The translations under genes were made by a program, and so were the position numbers. Positions 39,838 through 50,504 of a DNA stretch of 64,000 bases are shown piece by piece. Source of the DNA: Candidatus Curtissbacteria bacterium RIFCSPHIGHO2_01_FULL_41_11 (GTDB lineage: Bacteria > Patescibacteriota > Microgenomatia > Curtissbacterales > GWA2-41-24); the NCBI GenBank assembly GCA_001776335.1, contig MFAZ01000043.1, positions 3,984 through 67,983 on the forward strand, given 5' to 3'. Every line of letters starts with the position of its first letter. Positions within the stretch are counted from its first letter, which is position 1. The notes under the pieces are model-generated. The model saw nothing but the letters and a program-made list of their open reading frames with translations. It had not been told where the DNA came from and did no database searches.

Positions 39838-40440
39838 CTATCTAGAGTAATACTCTACTATTAATTTTTCATTAATATCTGCTTCTATTTCTTCTCTTTG
39901 TGGCAGAGTGTTTATTTTTCCTACTGTTGCCTTTCGCGTAAGCCATGACGGTGTTTTTGGTTCCAAACTTGCTAACTTTTTGATAAAATCTAGATTGGCA
40001 GTTTTAGGAGAGAGTGAAACAATGTCTCCTATTTTAACATTGAATGAAGGAATAGTCACCCTTTTGTCATTAACAAAAACATGACCATGATTTACAAGTT
40101 GTCTTGCTTGAGGACGACTATTTGCAAGTCCCATTCGATAGATAACATTATCGAGTCTAGATTCTAATAGTTGCAAAAGCGCTTCGCCGGTTGAGCCTTT
40201 TTTGGAGGCGGCTTTGTTGTAATACTTTTGGAATTGTCTTTCTAAAACTCCATACATTCTTTTAACTTTTTGCTTTTCCCGAAGCTGAATACCATGCTCT
40301 GAAAGCTTTCTTCGGCCTTTTGCCCCGTGTTGACCTGGTGGCCCTGCATTTTTTTTGATAACCGGACAATTCGGTGAACCGCAAATGGCCATTCCCTCTG
40401 CTCTGCACAATCTATGTTTTGGTCCTGTATATCTAGCCAT
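39838..40440 (-). CDS. rpsD: 30S ribosomal protein S4
   Basis: MARYTGP start at 40440; PGQHG, LE.RLDN. Confidence 0.97.
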   Translation of the reverse strand: MARYTGPKHRLCRAEGMAICGSPNCPVIKKNAGPPGQHGAKGRRKLSEHGIQLREKQKVKRMYGVLERQFQKYYNKAASKKGSTGEALLQLLESRLDNVIYRMGLANSRPQARQLVNHGHVFVNDKRVTIPSFNVKIGDIVSLSPKTANLDFIKKLASLEPKTPSWLTRKATVGKINTLPQREEIEADINEKLIVEYYSR

Positions 40441-40450
40441 GGTAACGTCT

Positions 40451-40834
40451 TTAGACTCGTCTCCTTTTGCTTGCTCTTGGGCCATTGTGTGGAATCGGCG
40501 TAACGTCTGCAATCATAGTTATATCGAGACCTGCGGATTTAAAAGCTCTTATTGCCCCGTCTCGTCCAGGACCGGGACCCTTTATATAAACTTCAACACT
40601 TGTTATTCCTTTTTCTTTGGCTTTTTTTGCAACTGTTTCAACAGCACTTGTTGCAGCATATGGCGTTGATTTTCGAGCGCCTTTAAATCCTGACGCTCCT
40701 GCAGAACCCCACATTAGTGAATTTCCTTGAGGATCTGTAATGTTGACCAAAGTATTATTAAAAGTCGCTGTAACATACGCTTTTCCGCTTGTAACATTTA
40801 TCTTTTTTTCTTTTTTCTTTTGTTGGATAGCCAT
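40451..40834 (-). CDS. rpsK: 30S ribosomal protein S11
   Basis: [27 protein letters not shown]. Confidence 0.97.
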   Translation of the reverse strand: MAIQQKKKEKKINVTSGKAYVTATFNNTLVNITDPQGNSLMWGSAGASGFKGARKSTPYAATSAVETVAKKAKEKGITSVEVYIKGPGPGRDGAIRAFKSAGLDITMIADVTPIPHNGPRASKRRRV

Positions 40835-40839
40835 CTAAA

Positions 40840-41259
40840 TTACTTTTGTTGTGTAGTAGTAGTTGTTGTTGGCGGCGCTACTTTTGTCACAACTTCCTTT
40901 CTGACAGTTCCGATTGTTACTCTTTTGCCTCTTTTGGTTCTTGCGTTTGTTCTGGTCCTTTGGCCTCTGACTGGCAAGTTTTTTGAATGTCTTGTGCCGC
41001 GATAAGCGCCGATTTCCTGCAATCTTTTAATGTTACTTTGGATTTCCCTTCTTAAGTCTCCTTCAACTTTGTATTCCTCGATTGCTTTTTGAAGTTTGTT
41101 AACTTGCTCTTCGGATAGATTTTTTGTTCTTATGTTTGGGTCTATTTGACATTTATTCAGGATTTTTTTTGCCATTGTCGGACCAACCCCAAAAATGTAG
41201 GGGAGAGCCGCTTCTATTCTTTTATCTTTTGGCAAATCTATGCCTGCAATACGTGCCAT
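40840..41259 (-). CDS. rpsM: 30S ribosomal protein S13
   Basis: MARIAG, YRG.RH...[14 protein letters not shown]. Confidence 0.97.
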   Translation of the reverse strand: MARIAGIDLPKDKRIEAALPYIFGVGPTMAKKILNKCQIDPNIRTKNLSEEQVNKLQKAIEEYKVEGDLRREIQSNIKRLQEIGAYRGTRHSKNLPVRGQRTRTNARTKRGKRVTIGTVRKEVVTKVAPPTTTTTTQQK

Positions 41260-41262
41260 AAA

Positions 41263-41376
41263 TTATCCTTGTCGCTGTTTGTGTCTTGGATTGATACAAA
41301 TGACGTAAAGGCGACCCTTGCGTTTGACAATTTTACAATTGATACATCTTTTTTTAACCGACGCTTGAACTTTCAT
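41263..41376 (-). CDS. rpmJ: 50S ribosomal protein L36 (below the ORF-track length cutoff)
   Basis: Hand translation [37 protein letters not shown]. Confidence 0.96.
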   Translation of the reverse strand: MKVQASVKKRCINCKIVKRKGRLYVICINPRHKQRQG

Positions 41377-41378
41377 AA

Positions 41379-41651
41379 TTATCTATTCCTGTAGGTAATC
41401 CTTCCTTTAGTTAGATCGTATGGTGTCATTTCAAGTTTTACTCTGTCACCTGGTAGAATTCGAACATAGTGAATTCTCATTTTGCCTGATAAATGGCAAA
41501 GGACAATTCTATCCTCTTCGACATTGGGAAGAGAACCCTTTGGAACTCTGACCCTAAACATCGTGTTTGGCAGTGCTTCCGTTACTTCGCCATCGACTTC
41601 CATGACGCCCGGTTTGCTTTTGTTTGGTCTTAGATTTGAACGGTTATACAT
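41379..41651 (-). CDS. infA: Translation initiation factor IF-1
   Basis: [36 protein letters not shown]. Confidence 0.96.
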   Translation of the reverse strand: MYNRSNLRPNKSKPGVMEVDGEVTEALPNTMFRVRVPKGSLPNVEEDRIVLCHLSGKMRIHYVRILPGDRVKLEMTPYDLTKGRITYRNR

Positions 41652-41653
41652 AA

Positions 41654-41824
41654 TTAATACTCCAATGGGACACCAAGGTTTCCCCTTGGTATTCCTCTTC
41701 CTTTAGTGGATAAGCAAAGCTTGCGGTCCTCATCAATTTCATTGATTGCGGGCCTTAAATTTAATCTAGCATAGCTAGATTTAAATTTAATTTTATAAGA
41801 ATAAGTAAACGTAAATTTTATCAT
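41654..41824 (-). other. 56-aa spacer-bridging mini-ORF over structured element E4 (map-infA)
   Basis: ATG overlaps the map stop (TAATG); TAA lies 2 nt before the infA ATG. The element itself spans about 41658-41792. Confidence 0.6.
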
Positions 41825-42582
41825 TATTTTAAATATGGCGTCAAGACTATAGGGCCATCTTTTGTGACAGCGACGGTTTGCTCAAACAGGCCGCCAAGTG
41901 ATTTGTCTTTTGTTGATATTGTCCAATTGTCTTGTTCCAGATAAACATCTCCCGATCCTTGTGCATAAATGACTTCAATTGCCAGGACCATACTTTCCAA
42001 GATTTTGGGGCCAAGTCCTTTTTTGCCGAATCCCGGAACCATGGGATCCTCGTGTAACTCGCGGCCAACACCATGACCGGTAAGACTTTTAACAATACTG
42101 TAACTGGCGCCTTCAATCTTGTTTTGGATGGTTGATGAAATATCACCGATTGTGCCACCTACTTTTGCGGCTTTTATGGCTTCTTTTAATGTTTGTTTTC
42201 CTGTTTCTAAAAACTTCATAGTACTTTTGGGGATATTCCCAACAGGAACAGATATTGCCATGTCACTGTGATATCCCCGATAAATTGCGCCGATATCTAT
42301 TCCCAAAACATCTCCCGATTCTAACTGTCTTTCCGTCGGTATGCCATGTACAACCTGACTGTTAATTGTTGTACAAATTGTCCATTTGTAATCATCGACA
42401 GTTTTAAAGGACGATTCACCGCCGTTTTTTCGAATCTCAACATCTGCAATCCTATCCAAATCTATGCATTTTACACCCGGTCTAACACTCTCCAAAACTT
42501 TCTTCAACGCTTTGGCGCAAATTGCACCTGAAACTTTCATCAGTTTCAGTTCCTCTTTAGTCTTTACCTGTGACATTTCCAA
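41824..42582 (-). CDS. map: Methionine aminopeptidase type I
   Basis: VVHGIP, IDIG, H.D.A, GHG.G..LHEDP, FE.T. Confidence 0.95.
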   Translation of the reverse strand: MEMSQVKTKEELKLMKVSGAICAKALKKVLESVRPGVKCIDLDRIADVEIRKNGGESSFKTVDDYKWTICTTINSQVVHGIPTERQLESGDVLGIDIGAIYRGYHSDMAISVPVGNIPKSTMKFLETGKQTLKEAIKAAKVGGTIGDISSTIQNKIEGASYSIVKSLTGHGVGRELHEDPMVPGFGKKGLGPKILESMVLAIEVIYAQGSGDVYLEQDNWTISTKDKSLGGLFEQTVAVTKDGPIVLTPYLK

Positions 42583-43102
42583 GTTTTGATAATATATCCT
42601 GCTGAACCTCGCCCTGGGTTCTTACCCCGTTGATTTCTTCCAAGTTACCTTGTTGTCTGAAATACGTCAGAAGGGGTTCTGTTTCCTTGTGATAGAGTTC
42701 CAGACGTCTGGTGATTACATCCAGGCTGTCATCGTGTCTGCCCCTTGCGATTAATCTTTTTATGCCTTCGTTATCCGAAACTTTAATATAAAAGACCTTA
42801 TCAATATCTGTTGGCAGGCCCTCAATCTGGGCATAATTTCTGGGATATCCGTCCAGGACATAACCGTTCTTGCAATCGTTTTCGGATACCCTTTTTTTCA
42901 TTAGGCCAATTGTTATTGTGTCCGGAACAAGATTGCCTACTTCCAGGGCTTGTCGGATTTCCCCGCCTTCTTCGTCATTATCTTTTGATTTATCACGTAG
43001 AAGCTGACCCATCTCGATGTAGGGGAGACCTAGCTTTTCTGAAAGCATTTTTGCCTGTGTTGATTTACCAGATCCTTGTGCGCCTAAAAAAATAATCTTC
43101 AT
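42557..43102 (-). CDS. adk: Adenylate kinase (short LID type)
   Basis: GAQGSGKST, LDGYPR, R.DD. Confidence 0.93.
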   Translation of the reverse strand: MKIIFLGAQGSGKSTQAKMLSEKLGLPYIEMGQLLRDKSKDNDEEGGEIRQALEVGNLVPDTITIGLMKKRVSENDCKNGYVLDGYPRNYAQIEGLPTDIDKVFYIKVSDNEGIKRLIARGRHDDSLDVITRRLELYHKETEPLLTYFRQQGNLEEINGVRTQGEVQQDILSKLGNVTGKD

Positions 43103-43105
43103 TTT

Positions 43106-44389
43106 TTATCTTTTTCTTAAATAACTATCGTAATCTCTCATAACAAGTTGTGACTCGACCTGTTTGAATGTTTCGAGAACAACCGAAACTACGATTAAAA
43201 TTCCCGTACCGCCGACTAAAAGATTTTGGAGATCTGTTATGCTTTGAACAATAGATGGCAATATTGCAATTAACCCTAAAAATAATGCTCCAAACAAAGT
43301 TATTCTGAAAGAAATATATTCAAGGAAAGACTTGGTTGCCTGACCCGGTCTGATACCGGTTATAAAACCACCTTGCTTCATGAGCATTTCTGAAAGTTGT
43401 TTTGTATTGAAAGCCACTGTTGTGTAGAAATAAGTAAAAATTACTACCAGAAGAAAATAAGTAACGTTGTATAAAATTCCGTTTGGGTTAAAAATACGCT
43501 GAATGTTTTGAGCAGCGTTAGCGACCAAAACGTTTGGAGAAGATTCGAAGAATCTAGCGAAAGTTGTCGGCAACAAAATCAAGGACACCGCAAAAATTAT
43601 AGGGATTACACCGGCCTGATTAACTCTCATCGGAATAAAACTTGTAACTGCCGACTGAGAACCAGCTGACCTTCTTGAATAATTTACCTTTATTGGTCTC
43701 CGTGCTTCGGTTACAATAACTATTGAGACAACTACAATTAAACTCATTACTAAAAATATAAGAATATTTTTTATCTGACTTGGATCAAAAACTGATGCCG
43801 TTTGCAAAAAACTTATTGGAAGTCTTCCCACAATTCCTGCAAAAATTACCATTGAAATACCGTTCCCTATTCCCCTTTCTGTGATAAGTTCACCAAGCCA
43901 CATCAAAAAAATGGTCCCGGCTGTCATGGTTGTTATCATCGAAAGCAACGTCAGTGGAGTTACAGTAGTAATGATGTTTGAATTCTTTAAGAGTATATAC
44001 ATGCCGAAAGCTTGAATTACCGTAAGTGGAACTGTGAGATATCTTGTATATTGATTGATTTTTTCTCTTCCCGATTCTCCTTCTTTGGAAAGCTCTTCAA
44101 GTTTTGGGATTACCATTTGGAGCAGTTGCATGATAATGCTGGCATTAATGTATGGGTTAAGACCCAGCGACATGACCGAAAAATTGGCCAGTGTCCCACC
44201 GGAAAAAATGTCGAGTAGCGAAAGTAGCTGACTCTGGCCAAAAAGTTGTTTCAGTGACGAGATGTCAACTCCCGGAACAGGAACGTGTGCAAAAATTCTA
44301 AAGACAAGCAAGATCATTGCAGTAAAAATAATCTTTTGTCTAATCTGACTAACTTTAAAGGCTTTAATTAATGTGGATAAAAATCTCAT
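43106..44389 (-). CDS. secY: Preprotein translocase SecY
   Basis: [34 protein letters not shown]. Confidence 0.98.
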   Translation of the reverse strand: MRFLSTLIKAFKVSQIRQKIIFTAMILLVFRIFAHVPVPGVDISSLKQLFGQSQLLSLLDIFSGGTLANFSVMSLGLNPYINASIIMQLLQMVIPKLEELSKEGESGREKINQYTRYLTVPLTVIQAFGMYILLKNSNIITTVTPLTLLSMITTMTAGTIFLMWLGELITERGIGNGISMVIFAGIVGRLPISFLQTASVFDPSQIKNILIFLVMSLIVVVSIVIVTEARRPIKVNYSRRSAGSQSAVTSFIPMRVNQAGVIPIIFAVSLILLPTTFARFFESSPNVLVANAAQNIQRIFNPNGILYNVTYFLLVVIFTYFYTTVAFNTKQLSEMLMKQGGFITGIRPGQATKSFLEYISFRITLFGALFLGLIAILPSIVQSITDLQNLLVGGTGILIVVSVVLETFKQVESQLVMRDYDSYLRKR

Positions 44390-44391
44390 CT

Positions 44392-44865
44392 TTATTTCTT
44401 TGCGATTTTTGGTTTAGCGTTTTCTGATTTTAATTGAGGCTTGCCCGCACCGATTTTTTCAGCAGCTTTTTTGGATATCGGAACATTTATTTTCAGGGTT
44501 TTAGTTAATTTACCGTCACCCAAAATTTTTACACCATATACTTTTGCGTCATCAGCCTTTACGATTTTATATTTAACCAGAGTTTCTATATCAACCGTTG
44601 ATCCTTCCGGTAAAATGTTTAGGGCAACTAAGTTTATTACCAAAGGTTTTTTACTAACTCTTTTATTACCCTTACCTCTTCTATAAGGTAGTCTTTTGAA
44701 AAGTGGTCTTTGCCCACCTTCAAAGTGAGGGTGCATAAGTGAAACTTTACCTCGGGCTTTTTGTCCTTTGGTTCCCCTACCGGATGTTTTCCCTTTGCCG
44801 GACCCTGGTCCTCGTCCGATTCTTTTTTTAGAAAACTTTTTGATTTTTAAGAGTTGTTGTTTCAT
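44392..44865 (-). CDS. rplO: 50S ribosomal protein L15
   Basis: GRG.GSG.GKT.GRG.KGQ, FEGGQ. Confidence 0.97.
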   Translation of the reverse strand: MKQQLLKIKKFSKKRIGRGPGSGKGKTSGRGTKGQKARGKVSLMHPHFEGGQRPLFKRLPYRRGKGNKRVSKKPLVINLVALNILPEGSTVDIETLVKYKIVKADDAKVYGVKILGDGKLTKTLKINVPISKKAAEKIGAGKPQLKSENAKPKIAKK

Positions 44866-45320
44866 TTAAATGTTGTCAGTGCTTCTAATGTTGCGTAAAC
44901 GTTGGACGCCTGATTTTTGGTTCCCAGAACTTTGCTGGAAATATTTAAGATGCCCGCAGCTTCCACTACGCTTCTTACTGCGCCACCAGCGATTACTCCA
45001 GAACCTTCAGGTGCCGGCTTAAGTAAAATTTTGGCTGCTCCTCTTTTTATTAACACATCATGAGGTATTGTGCCACGAACAATCGGGACTGTGATTAAAT
45101 GCTTTTTGGCGTAAGCCGACGCTTTGCGAATAGCAGATGCGACATCACGAGCTTTTCCAAGTCCTACACCAACTCTCCCTTTTTTATCGCCAACTACTAG
45201 CAAAACCGAAAAGGCCATTCTATTGCCTCCTTTGGTCTTTTTAGAAACACGATTGACTTGGATTACTCTTTCGTCGAATTCTCTGGCTTCCTGCATAAAA
45301 CGAGCTTCGTTGTTTGCCAT
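44862..45320 (-). CDS. rpsE: 30S ribosomal protein S5
   Basis: RVSK..KGG, VVGD..G.VG.G.GKA, PA..G.G.IAGG. Confidence 0.97.
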   Translation of the reverse strand: MANNEARFMQEAREFDERVIQVNRVSKKTKGGNRMAFSVLLVVGDKKGRVGVGLGKARDVASAIRKASAYAKKHLITVPIVRGTIPHDVLIKRGAAKILLKPAPEGSGVIAGGAVRSVVEAAGILNISSKVLGTKNQASNVYATLEALTTFK

Positions 45321-45322
45321 GT

Positions 45323-45661
45323 TTAAAAAGCTAGACCTCCTTCTCTTGCACCTTCTGCCAGTGCTTTAATTCTGCCGTGATATTTATAACCAGCACGATC
45401 AAAAACCGCTTTTTTTACATTTTTCTTAAGTGCTGCGCTTGCCAATGTTTTGCCGACTTCTTTTGCTCTTTCTGTTTTAGAACCAGATTTTTCTACGTCC
45501 GATGCAGAAACAATTGTCAATCTCTTTTTATCGTCTATAAGCTGGGCGTATATATACTTGTTGGATCTGAAAACTGAGAGTCTGGGAAGGCTTTCTGTTC
45601 CCTCTACCTTCCTTCTAACTCTGGCGTGTCTTGCAATTCTTTGAGATCTTTTGTTTTTCAT
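45323..45661 (-). CDS. rplR: 50S ribosomal protein L18
   Basis: [24 protein letters not shown]. Confidence 0.97.
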   Translation of the reverse strand: MKNKRSQRIARHARVRRKVEGTESLPRLSVFRSNKYIYAQLIDDKKRLTIVSASDVEKSGSKTERAKEVGKTLASAALKKNVKKAVFDRAGYKYHGRIKALAEGAREGGLAF

Positions 45662-45664
45662 AGA

Positions 45665-46210
45665 TTACGCTCCTACTGCTTTAACAGCTTTTCCTGCTTT
45701 CTTTCTGACTATTTCATCGCTATATCTAATTCCTTTTCCTTTGTAGGGTTCGGGCGGGCGGACTTTTCTAATTTTTGCTGCCATTTCACCCACTGCAATT
45801 TTGTCTATTCCGGAAACTATAATTTTGTTATCTTTAGTGTCAAATTCCACACCATTTGTCGATATTATAACTACTGGGTGGGAATATCCAACATTTAGTA
45901 CTAAGTCGTTTCCTTGTTTGGCTGCTTTATATCCAACACCTACAAGTTCCAGCATTTTTTGATGACCATCGGTGACGCCTTTTACCATGTTTGAGATTAC
46001 ACTTCTGGTTAAACCGTGGAGTGCTTTTGCGAATTTATTTTCCGACTTTCTGCTAATTTTTACTGTTTGGTTTTCAACCATAACTGCAATTTCCGGTCTT
46101 ATTTGAAACGAGATATTGCCCTTTGGACCAGAAACATTAACGGTTAAATCTTCAACTTTTACCGTTACCCCCTGTGGTATCTGAACCGGTTGTTTGCCTA
46201 TTTTTGACAT
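45665..46210 (-). CDS. rplF: 50S ribosomal protein L6
   Basis: MSKIGK.P, GVGY, R.PEPYKGKGI.Y. Confidence 0.97.
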   Translation of the reverse strand: MSKIGKQPVQIPQGVTVKVEDLTVNVSGPKGNISFQIRPEIAVMVENQTVKISRKSENKFAKALHGLTRSVISNMVKGVTDGHQKMLELVGVGYKAAKQGNDLVLNVGYSHPVVIISTNGVEFDTKDNKIIVSGIDKIAVGEMAAKIRKVRPPEPYKGKGIRYSDEIVRKKAGKAVKAVGA

Positions 46211-46226
46211 AATTTGTTTCAGGTTT

Positions 46227-46601
46227 TTACCAAACCCTACAGATGACCTCCCCGCCCAGTTTTTTTGCTTTGGCTTCTTTACCTGTCATCACTCCTTGAG
46301 GAGTCGAGAGAATATATGTTCCCCTGCCACCTTTTAGTGTTGGAATTTTTTTACTTTTTGAATAAACTCTAAGGCCGAGCTTCGATACTTTTTGGATTTG
46401 GGAAATCTTGGGTTTGTGATTGTCATATAGAAGCTCGATAGTTATTTCTCGATCTTCGCTCTTAATATTGCCAATAAACTTTTCCTTTTCAAGCACTTTG
46501 GCAATTTCCAACTTAAATTTGGAAACTGGAATGGTCACAGATGGCTTTTTGGCCATATAACCGTTTTTTATTGTTATTAACATGTCTGCTATCGGATCCA
46601 C
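46227..46601 (-). CDS. rpsH: 30S ribosomal protein S8
   Basis: GTG start (DPIADML) with SD AAAGGAGG; ST..G.MT, GGE. Confidence 0.95.
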   Translation of the reverse strand: MDPIADMLITIKNGYMAKKPSVTIPVSKFKLEIAKVLEKEKFIGNIKSEDREITIELLYDNHKPKISQIQKVSKLGLRVYSKSKKIPTLKGGRGTYILSTPQGVMTGKEAKAKKLGGEVICRVW

Positions 46602-46677
46602 GAGCCCTCCTTTGTCGGGAATTTCCAATTGGTCCCGTTTTCTGACGAAAAATGAATTTCCAATTTCCAATGATTTT

Positions 46678-46863
46678 TTACCATGATGATTTTTTGATTC
46701 CTGGTATCTCTCCTTTGTGTGCAAGATCTCTAAAACAGAGTCTGCATATTCCAAACTTGTTCATGAAAGCCCTTGGCCTGCCGCAAATCATGCAACGGTT
46801 TCGATGTCTTACCTCAAACTTTTGTTTTTTGTTGTTTTTAACTATCTTTGATGTTTTTGCCAT
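46678..46863 (-). CDS. rpsN: 30S ribosomal protein S14 (Zn-binding type Z)
   Basis: MAK...RC..CGR.R....FG.CR.CFR..A..G.IPG..KSSW. Confidence 0.97.
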   Translation of the reverse strand: MAKTSKIVKNNKKQKFEVRHRNRCMICGRPRAFMNKFGICRLCFRDLAHKGEIPGIKKSSW

Positions 46864-46867
46864 AAAG

Positions 46868-46993
46868 ATACTTGGAGAAAAGCTTAAGCTTTTCTCAATA
46901 TTCCCTTTCACTTAATAAGCAAAGCTTGCGGTCCTCGTCCTTTGAACTACGGGCCTTGGATAAAATTTTGGATTGTATTTTTAGATTACTCAT
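46868..46993 (-). repeat. Structured element E6 (rplE-rpsN) with 32-aa mini-ORF 46895-46993
   Basis: GAAAGGGAATA-hairpin-GTA layout; shares GAGGACCGCAAGCTTTGCTTAT with E4; ATG 1 nt after the rplE stop. Confidence 0.7.
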
Positions 46994-46994
46994 A

Positions 46995-47537
46995 TTAATT
47001 ATTGCGGAATGGTACTCCTAAAAGCTCCATTAATTTTTTAGATTTTTCGGGATCACTGTTTTTTATAACTATGGAAACTACCAGGCCGCGAATCTTGTCT
47101 ATTTTTGCGTAGTCAATTTCCGGAAAAAGAATTTGCTCTGTAATACCCAAGCTGTAGTTGCCCATTTTGTCGAATTTATTTGTTTGTAGCCCTCGAAAAT
47201 CTCTCATTCTTGGCATAACAATTGCTATTAACTTCTCTAAAAAAATCCAAGCTTTTTTACCCCTAAGTGTTACCATCATTCCAATCGGATCCTTTTCTCT
47301 AAGTTTAAAAGTAGAAATTGCAGCTTTTGCCCGAGTTATTTTTGGTTTTTGTCCCGTTATGGTTGCCAGCTGTTCGTCTACTTTTGTCAAAATATCTTTG
47401 TTATCTTTTGCTTCTGCGATTCCCATATTAACTACAACCTTTTCAACATAAGGGATTGCTAAATCGTTTTTAAGATTAAATTCTTGTTTGAGTTTCGGCA
47501 TTATTTCCTGTTTATATTTTGTTTGTAAATTTGTCAT
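46995..47537 (-). CDS. rplE: 50S ribosomal protein L5
   Basis: ITGQKP, FKLR, VTLRG, PR.RDFRG, FPEI. Confidence 0.97.
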   Translation of the reverse strand: MTNLQTKYKQEIMPKLKQEFNLKNDLAIPYVEKVVVNMGIAEAKDNKDILTKVDEQLATITGQKPKITRAKAAISTFKLREKDPIGMMVTLRGKKAWIFLEKLIAIVMPRMRDFRGLQTNKFDKMGNYSLGITEQILFPEIDYAKIDKIRGLVVSIVIKNSDPEKSKKLMELLGVPFRNN

Positions 47538-47860
47538 TTTTTCTCCTTAGGTTGGGCCAGACGACCCTGACATTTTTTACATATTCGTACTTTTATTTTC
47601 CCCTCCATCAGAAATCCTACTCTTGTCGGCTTCCCGCATTTTGGACAAATGATTGCTACCGTAGATGTAGACAATGGTCTTGCAATTTCGTAAATTCCCG
47701 CGGGTTGAGTCCTGGTTACTTTTCTGTGCCTTTTATAAATATTGACACCGGCAATAACAATTTTGTTTTCTTTTTTGTAAACCTTTTCAATCTTTCCTTT
47801 CTTACCTTTGTCTCGACCGGCCATAACTTGCACTTCATCTCCAACTTTGAATTTGTACAT
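47534..47860 (-). CDS. rplX: 50S ribosomal protein L24
   Basis: K.GD.V.V.AG.DKGK.G KOW motif. Confidence 0.96.
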   Translation of the reverse strand: MYKFKVGDEVQVMAGRDKGKKGKIEKVYKKENKIVIAGVNIYKRHRKVTRTQPAGIYEIARPLSTSTVAIICPKCGKPTRVGFLMEGKIKVRICKKCQGRLAQPKEKK

Positions 47861-48229
47861 TTATATAACCTCCTTGGCCAGAGACGCGATTTTCGCGAAC
47901 CCAAGTGATTTAACTTCTTGTGCTATTGGTCCAAAGACTCTGGTTGCCCTGGGAACTTTAGTGTTATCGATAATGACTGCAGCGTTTTGTGAAAATCTTA
48001 TATAAGAACCATCCGGTCTTCTTGTTTCCTTTTTGGTTCTCACTACAACAGCTTTTACTATTTCATGATCTTTGACTTGACCGTTGGGGTCTGCACCGCG
48101 CACTACACAAGTAACAATTTCTCCCAGTCGAACAAATCTTTTACCGGACCCTTTGCCCACTCCAATTACTACCAATAATTTGGCTCCACTATTATCAGCA
48201 ACTATCAAGTTAGATCTTCTTGCAAGCAT
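47861..48229 (-). CDS. rplN: 50S ribosomal protein L14
   Basis: VADNSGAK, R.DGS.IRF..NA, TR.FGP. Confidence 0.97.
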   Translation of the reverse strand: MLARRSNLIVADNSGAKLLVVIGVGKGSGKRFVRLGEIVTCVVRGADPNGQVKDHEIVKAVVVRTKKETRRPDGSYIRFSQNAAVIIDNTKVPRATRVFGPIAQEVKSLGFAKIASLAKEVI

Positions 48230-48231
48230 AG

Positions 48232-48459
48232 TTACTTCACAACCTCCAATACTTTGAAGTGAACATTTTTAGAATAAGGTCTGGTTTCTGTAATTTTTAC
48301 TTTTTGGCCCATTTGTGCGCCTATCTCATCATGGGCCTTAAAGTTTCTAGTTCTTGAAATTATCTTTTTGTAAAGCGGATGTTTAATTTGTATTTTTACC
48401 TCGACCACAACTGTTTTTGGCATTTTATTTGAAACCACAGTTCCCTGTTTAACTTGCAT
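48232..48459 (-). CDS. rpsQ: 30S ribosomal protein S17
   Basis: G.VVS.KM.KT.VV, HP.Y.K, AHDE, ETRP.SK; start chosen by AGGAG spacing. Confidence 0.95.
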   Translation of the reverse strand: MQVKQGTVVSNKMPKTVVVEVKIQIKHPLYKKIISRTRNFKAHDEIGAQMGQKVKITETRPYSKNVHFKVLEVVK

Positions 48460-48685
48460 TTTGACCATTCTCCTTTTGTGATTTTTCGGCAAAAGATTTT
48501 TCGTTTATCAGGGTCATAACCTGAGCGATGCTGCGCTTAATTGACAATAAGTGATGGTAATTTTTCGTTTTTGACATATCCCGTTCTATCATCGCTTCGT
48601 TTTTTTCCTTTAATAATCTCTCTCTTTCTTTTTTAAGAGCTTCGATGTTTTTGCTTTTTAATTCTTTTAAATCTTTGTTTTTCAT
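48449..48685 (-). CDS. rpmC: 50S ribosomal protein L29
   Basis: Position between rplP and rpsQ; KR.IA...T..NE. Confidence 0.88.
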   Translation of the reverse strand: MKNKDLKELKSKNIEALKKERERLLKEKNEAMIERDMSKTKNYHHLLSIKRSIAQVMTLINEKSFAEKSQKENGQNAS

Positions 48686-49089
48686 TATTTTGATATAATT
48701 CTGGTTTTTATTGGCAACTTGTGTGCAGCTAGGCGCATTGCTTCTTCGGCAACACTGGGCATGACAGCGCCCATTTCGAAAAGAATCATTCCCGGTTTAA
48801 CAACCGCAACGTATTGATGGATGTCACCTTTTCCGGAACCCATTCTGGTTTCTGCAGGTTTTTTGGTTGTTGGTTTATCGGGAAATATTCTGATCCAAAT
48901 ACGACCCCCTCTTTTGGTGTAATGAGTCATTGCTCGTCGGGCTGCTTCTATTTGTCTTGCAGTGATCCACGCGCATTCGAGAGCCTTTATACCGTGTGAT
49001 CCAAAAGCAAGAGAACTGCCGCGAGTGGCAATGCCTCGTCTTTTGTTTCTAAATTGTTTTCTATATTTTGCTCTTTTTGGCGATAGCAT
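48685..49089 (-). CDS. rplP: 50S ribosomal protein L16
   Basis: ML.PKR.KYRK, QIEAAR, RMGSGKG. Confidence 0.97.
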   Translation of the reverse strand: MLSPKRAKYRKQFRNKRRGIATRGSSLAFGSHGIKALECAWITARQIEAARRAMTHYTKRGGRIWIRIFPDKPTTKKPAETRMGSGKGDIHQYVAVVKPGMILFEMGAVMPSVAEEAMRLAAHKLPIKTRIISK

Positions 49090-49092
49090 GTC

Positions 49093-49734
49093 CTACGATT
49101 CTCCTTTAAATATCCAAACTTTAATTCCGACTATCCCGGATTTAGGAACTTTGGCGTCTAATTTTGCAAAATCAATGATTGCTCTAAGGGTGTGCAGGGG
49201 AATTGCACCGTCTTTTAAAGATTCTCGTCTGGCGATTTCCGAACCACCCAGTCTTCCGGAAAGTTGAATTCTGACGCCTTTTGCACCGGATCTTTTTACT
49301 CTTTCCAAAGATTGATTCATAATTCTTCTGAAAGGAATTCTTCTCGTCAGCTGCTCGGCAATGTTTACCGCAACAAGATAGGCATCGAGATCTGGTGTTT
49401 TTACTTCTTCGAATTTTATTTCCATTTTTCCGGCGTCTTTAATTTTGAATCTTTTCAACATAGCTGCTTTTAATTGCTCGATTCCGGTCCCGCCGCGACC
49501 AATGGCGACACCTGGACGGGATACGTAAATATAGATTGTCCTTTTATCAAAAGATCTTTCAATATCGACCCTGGAAATTCCTGCAGCTTTTAAATTTTCC
49601 ATCAAAAAATTTCTGATCTTTCGATCTTCAAGCAAAGATGTCGCGAAATCCTGGTTTTTGCTGGCAAACCAGCGTGATTTCCAGGGATAGAATGAGCCTA
49701 GTCTGAATCCGTACGGATTAACTTTTTGTCCCAT
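49093..49734 (-). CDS. rpsC: 30S ribosomal protein S3
   Basis: MGQKVNP.GFR, SGRLGG.EIAR, PL.TLRA.ID. Confidence 0.97.
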   Translation of the reverse strand: MGQKVNPYGFRLGSFYPWKSRWFASKNQDFATSLLEDRKIRNFLMENLKAAGISRVDIERSFDKRTIYIYVSRPGVAIGRGGTGIEQLKAAMLKRFKIKDAGKMEIKFEEVKTPDLDAYLVAVNIAEQLTRRIPFRRIMNQSLERVKRSGAKGVRIQLSGRLGGSEIARRESLKDGAIPLHTLRAIIDFAKLDAKVPKSGIVGIKVWIFKGES

Positions 49735-50125
49735 TTTTCTCCTTTGGCTCCTCCAGTTTTTTTGTTTCTTTTGTTGCTTCGGTTTTTTTCTTTTCTTCTC
49801 CTTCGAGAATAACTGTTATGTGGCTGGTTCTTTTCAAAATACTGTGAGCGCGACCTCTTGCCACTGGCTGAAATCTTTTAAACATGGGTCCAATGCCAAC
49901 TAAAATTGATTTAAAAGCCAATGATTGCTCGTCTAGACCAAAGTTGTTTTTTGCGTTGGCAATTGCTGAGCCAATTACCTTTATCAATGGTTTTGCAGAT
50001 GACTTGTGAACCAATTTTAAAACTACCATGGACCTTGCCGGTTCCATTTTTTTAATTTGATCTACCACGAGCCGTACCTTTTCGGGTGAGACTCTTATGT
50101 TATTTGCTTTTGCTATGACTTGCAT
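49718..50125 (-). CDS. rplV: 50S ribosomal protein L22
   Basis: SP.KVRLV, SA.ANA, ARGRA..I.KRTSHI. Confidence 0.97.
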   Translation of the reverse strand: MQVIAKANNIRVSPEKVRLVVDQIKKMEPARSMVVLKLVHKSSAKPLIKVIGSAIANAKNNFGLDEQSLAFKSILVGIGPMFKRFQPVARGRAHSILKRTSHITVILEGEEKKKTEATKETKKLEEPKEKNGTKS

Positions 50126-50127
50126 TT

Positions 50128-50412
50128 TTATTTCTTCGCAGATGATTTTTCTGTTATTTTTCCATGTCCGCGAAATGTTCTGGTTGGTGCAAATTCGCCG
50201 AGTCTGTGTCCGACCATTGGTTCGCCAACGAAAACGTTTATGAAAGTTCGTCCGTTGTGAACCGAGAAAGTATGATTGACAAACTCCGGCGCTATCTGGC
50301 TAGCTCTCGACCATGTTTTGATGGCAGATTTCTGGCCTGATTGCTTTTGCGCCATTACCTTCTTCATTAATTTTTCGTCCACATACGGACCTTTTTTGCT
50401 AGATCTGGACAT
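50128..50412 (-). CDS. rpsS: 30S ribosomal protein S19
   Basis: RS.KKGP, KTWSR, VHNG, MVGH.LGEF.PTR. Confidence 0.97.
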   Translation of the reverse strand: MSRSSKKGPYVDEKLMKKVMAQKQSGQKSAIKTWSRASQIAPEFVNHTFSVHNGRTFINVFVGEPMVGHRLGEFAPTRTFRGHGKITEKSSAKK

Positions 50413-50504
50413 TATTTTCTCTTCCTTTCGATAAAATCAGCAGGTCGACTTGCGAGACTTCGTCCTCGCAATGTCGCTCCTCTGATATTTTCTCTAGTCG
50501 TCAT
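50412..50504 (-). other. 30-aa spacer-bridging mini-ORF over a nested hairpin (rplB-rpsS)
   Basis: [30 protein letters not shown]; ATGA overlap with the rplB stop and TAATG overlap with the rpsS start. Confidence 0.65.

Noticed and set aside
40441-40512. ORF-track N-terminal extensions of rpsD (also rpsI, rpsH, rpsQ, tuf, purQ and 27794)
   Set aside because: They overlap upstream genes or repeats; conserved N-termini begin at downstream starts.
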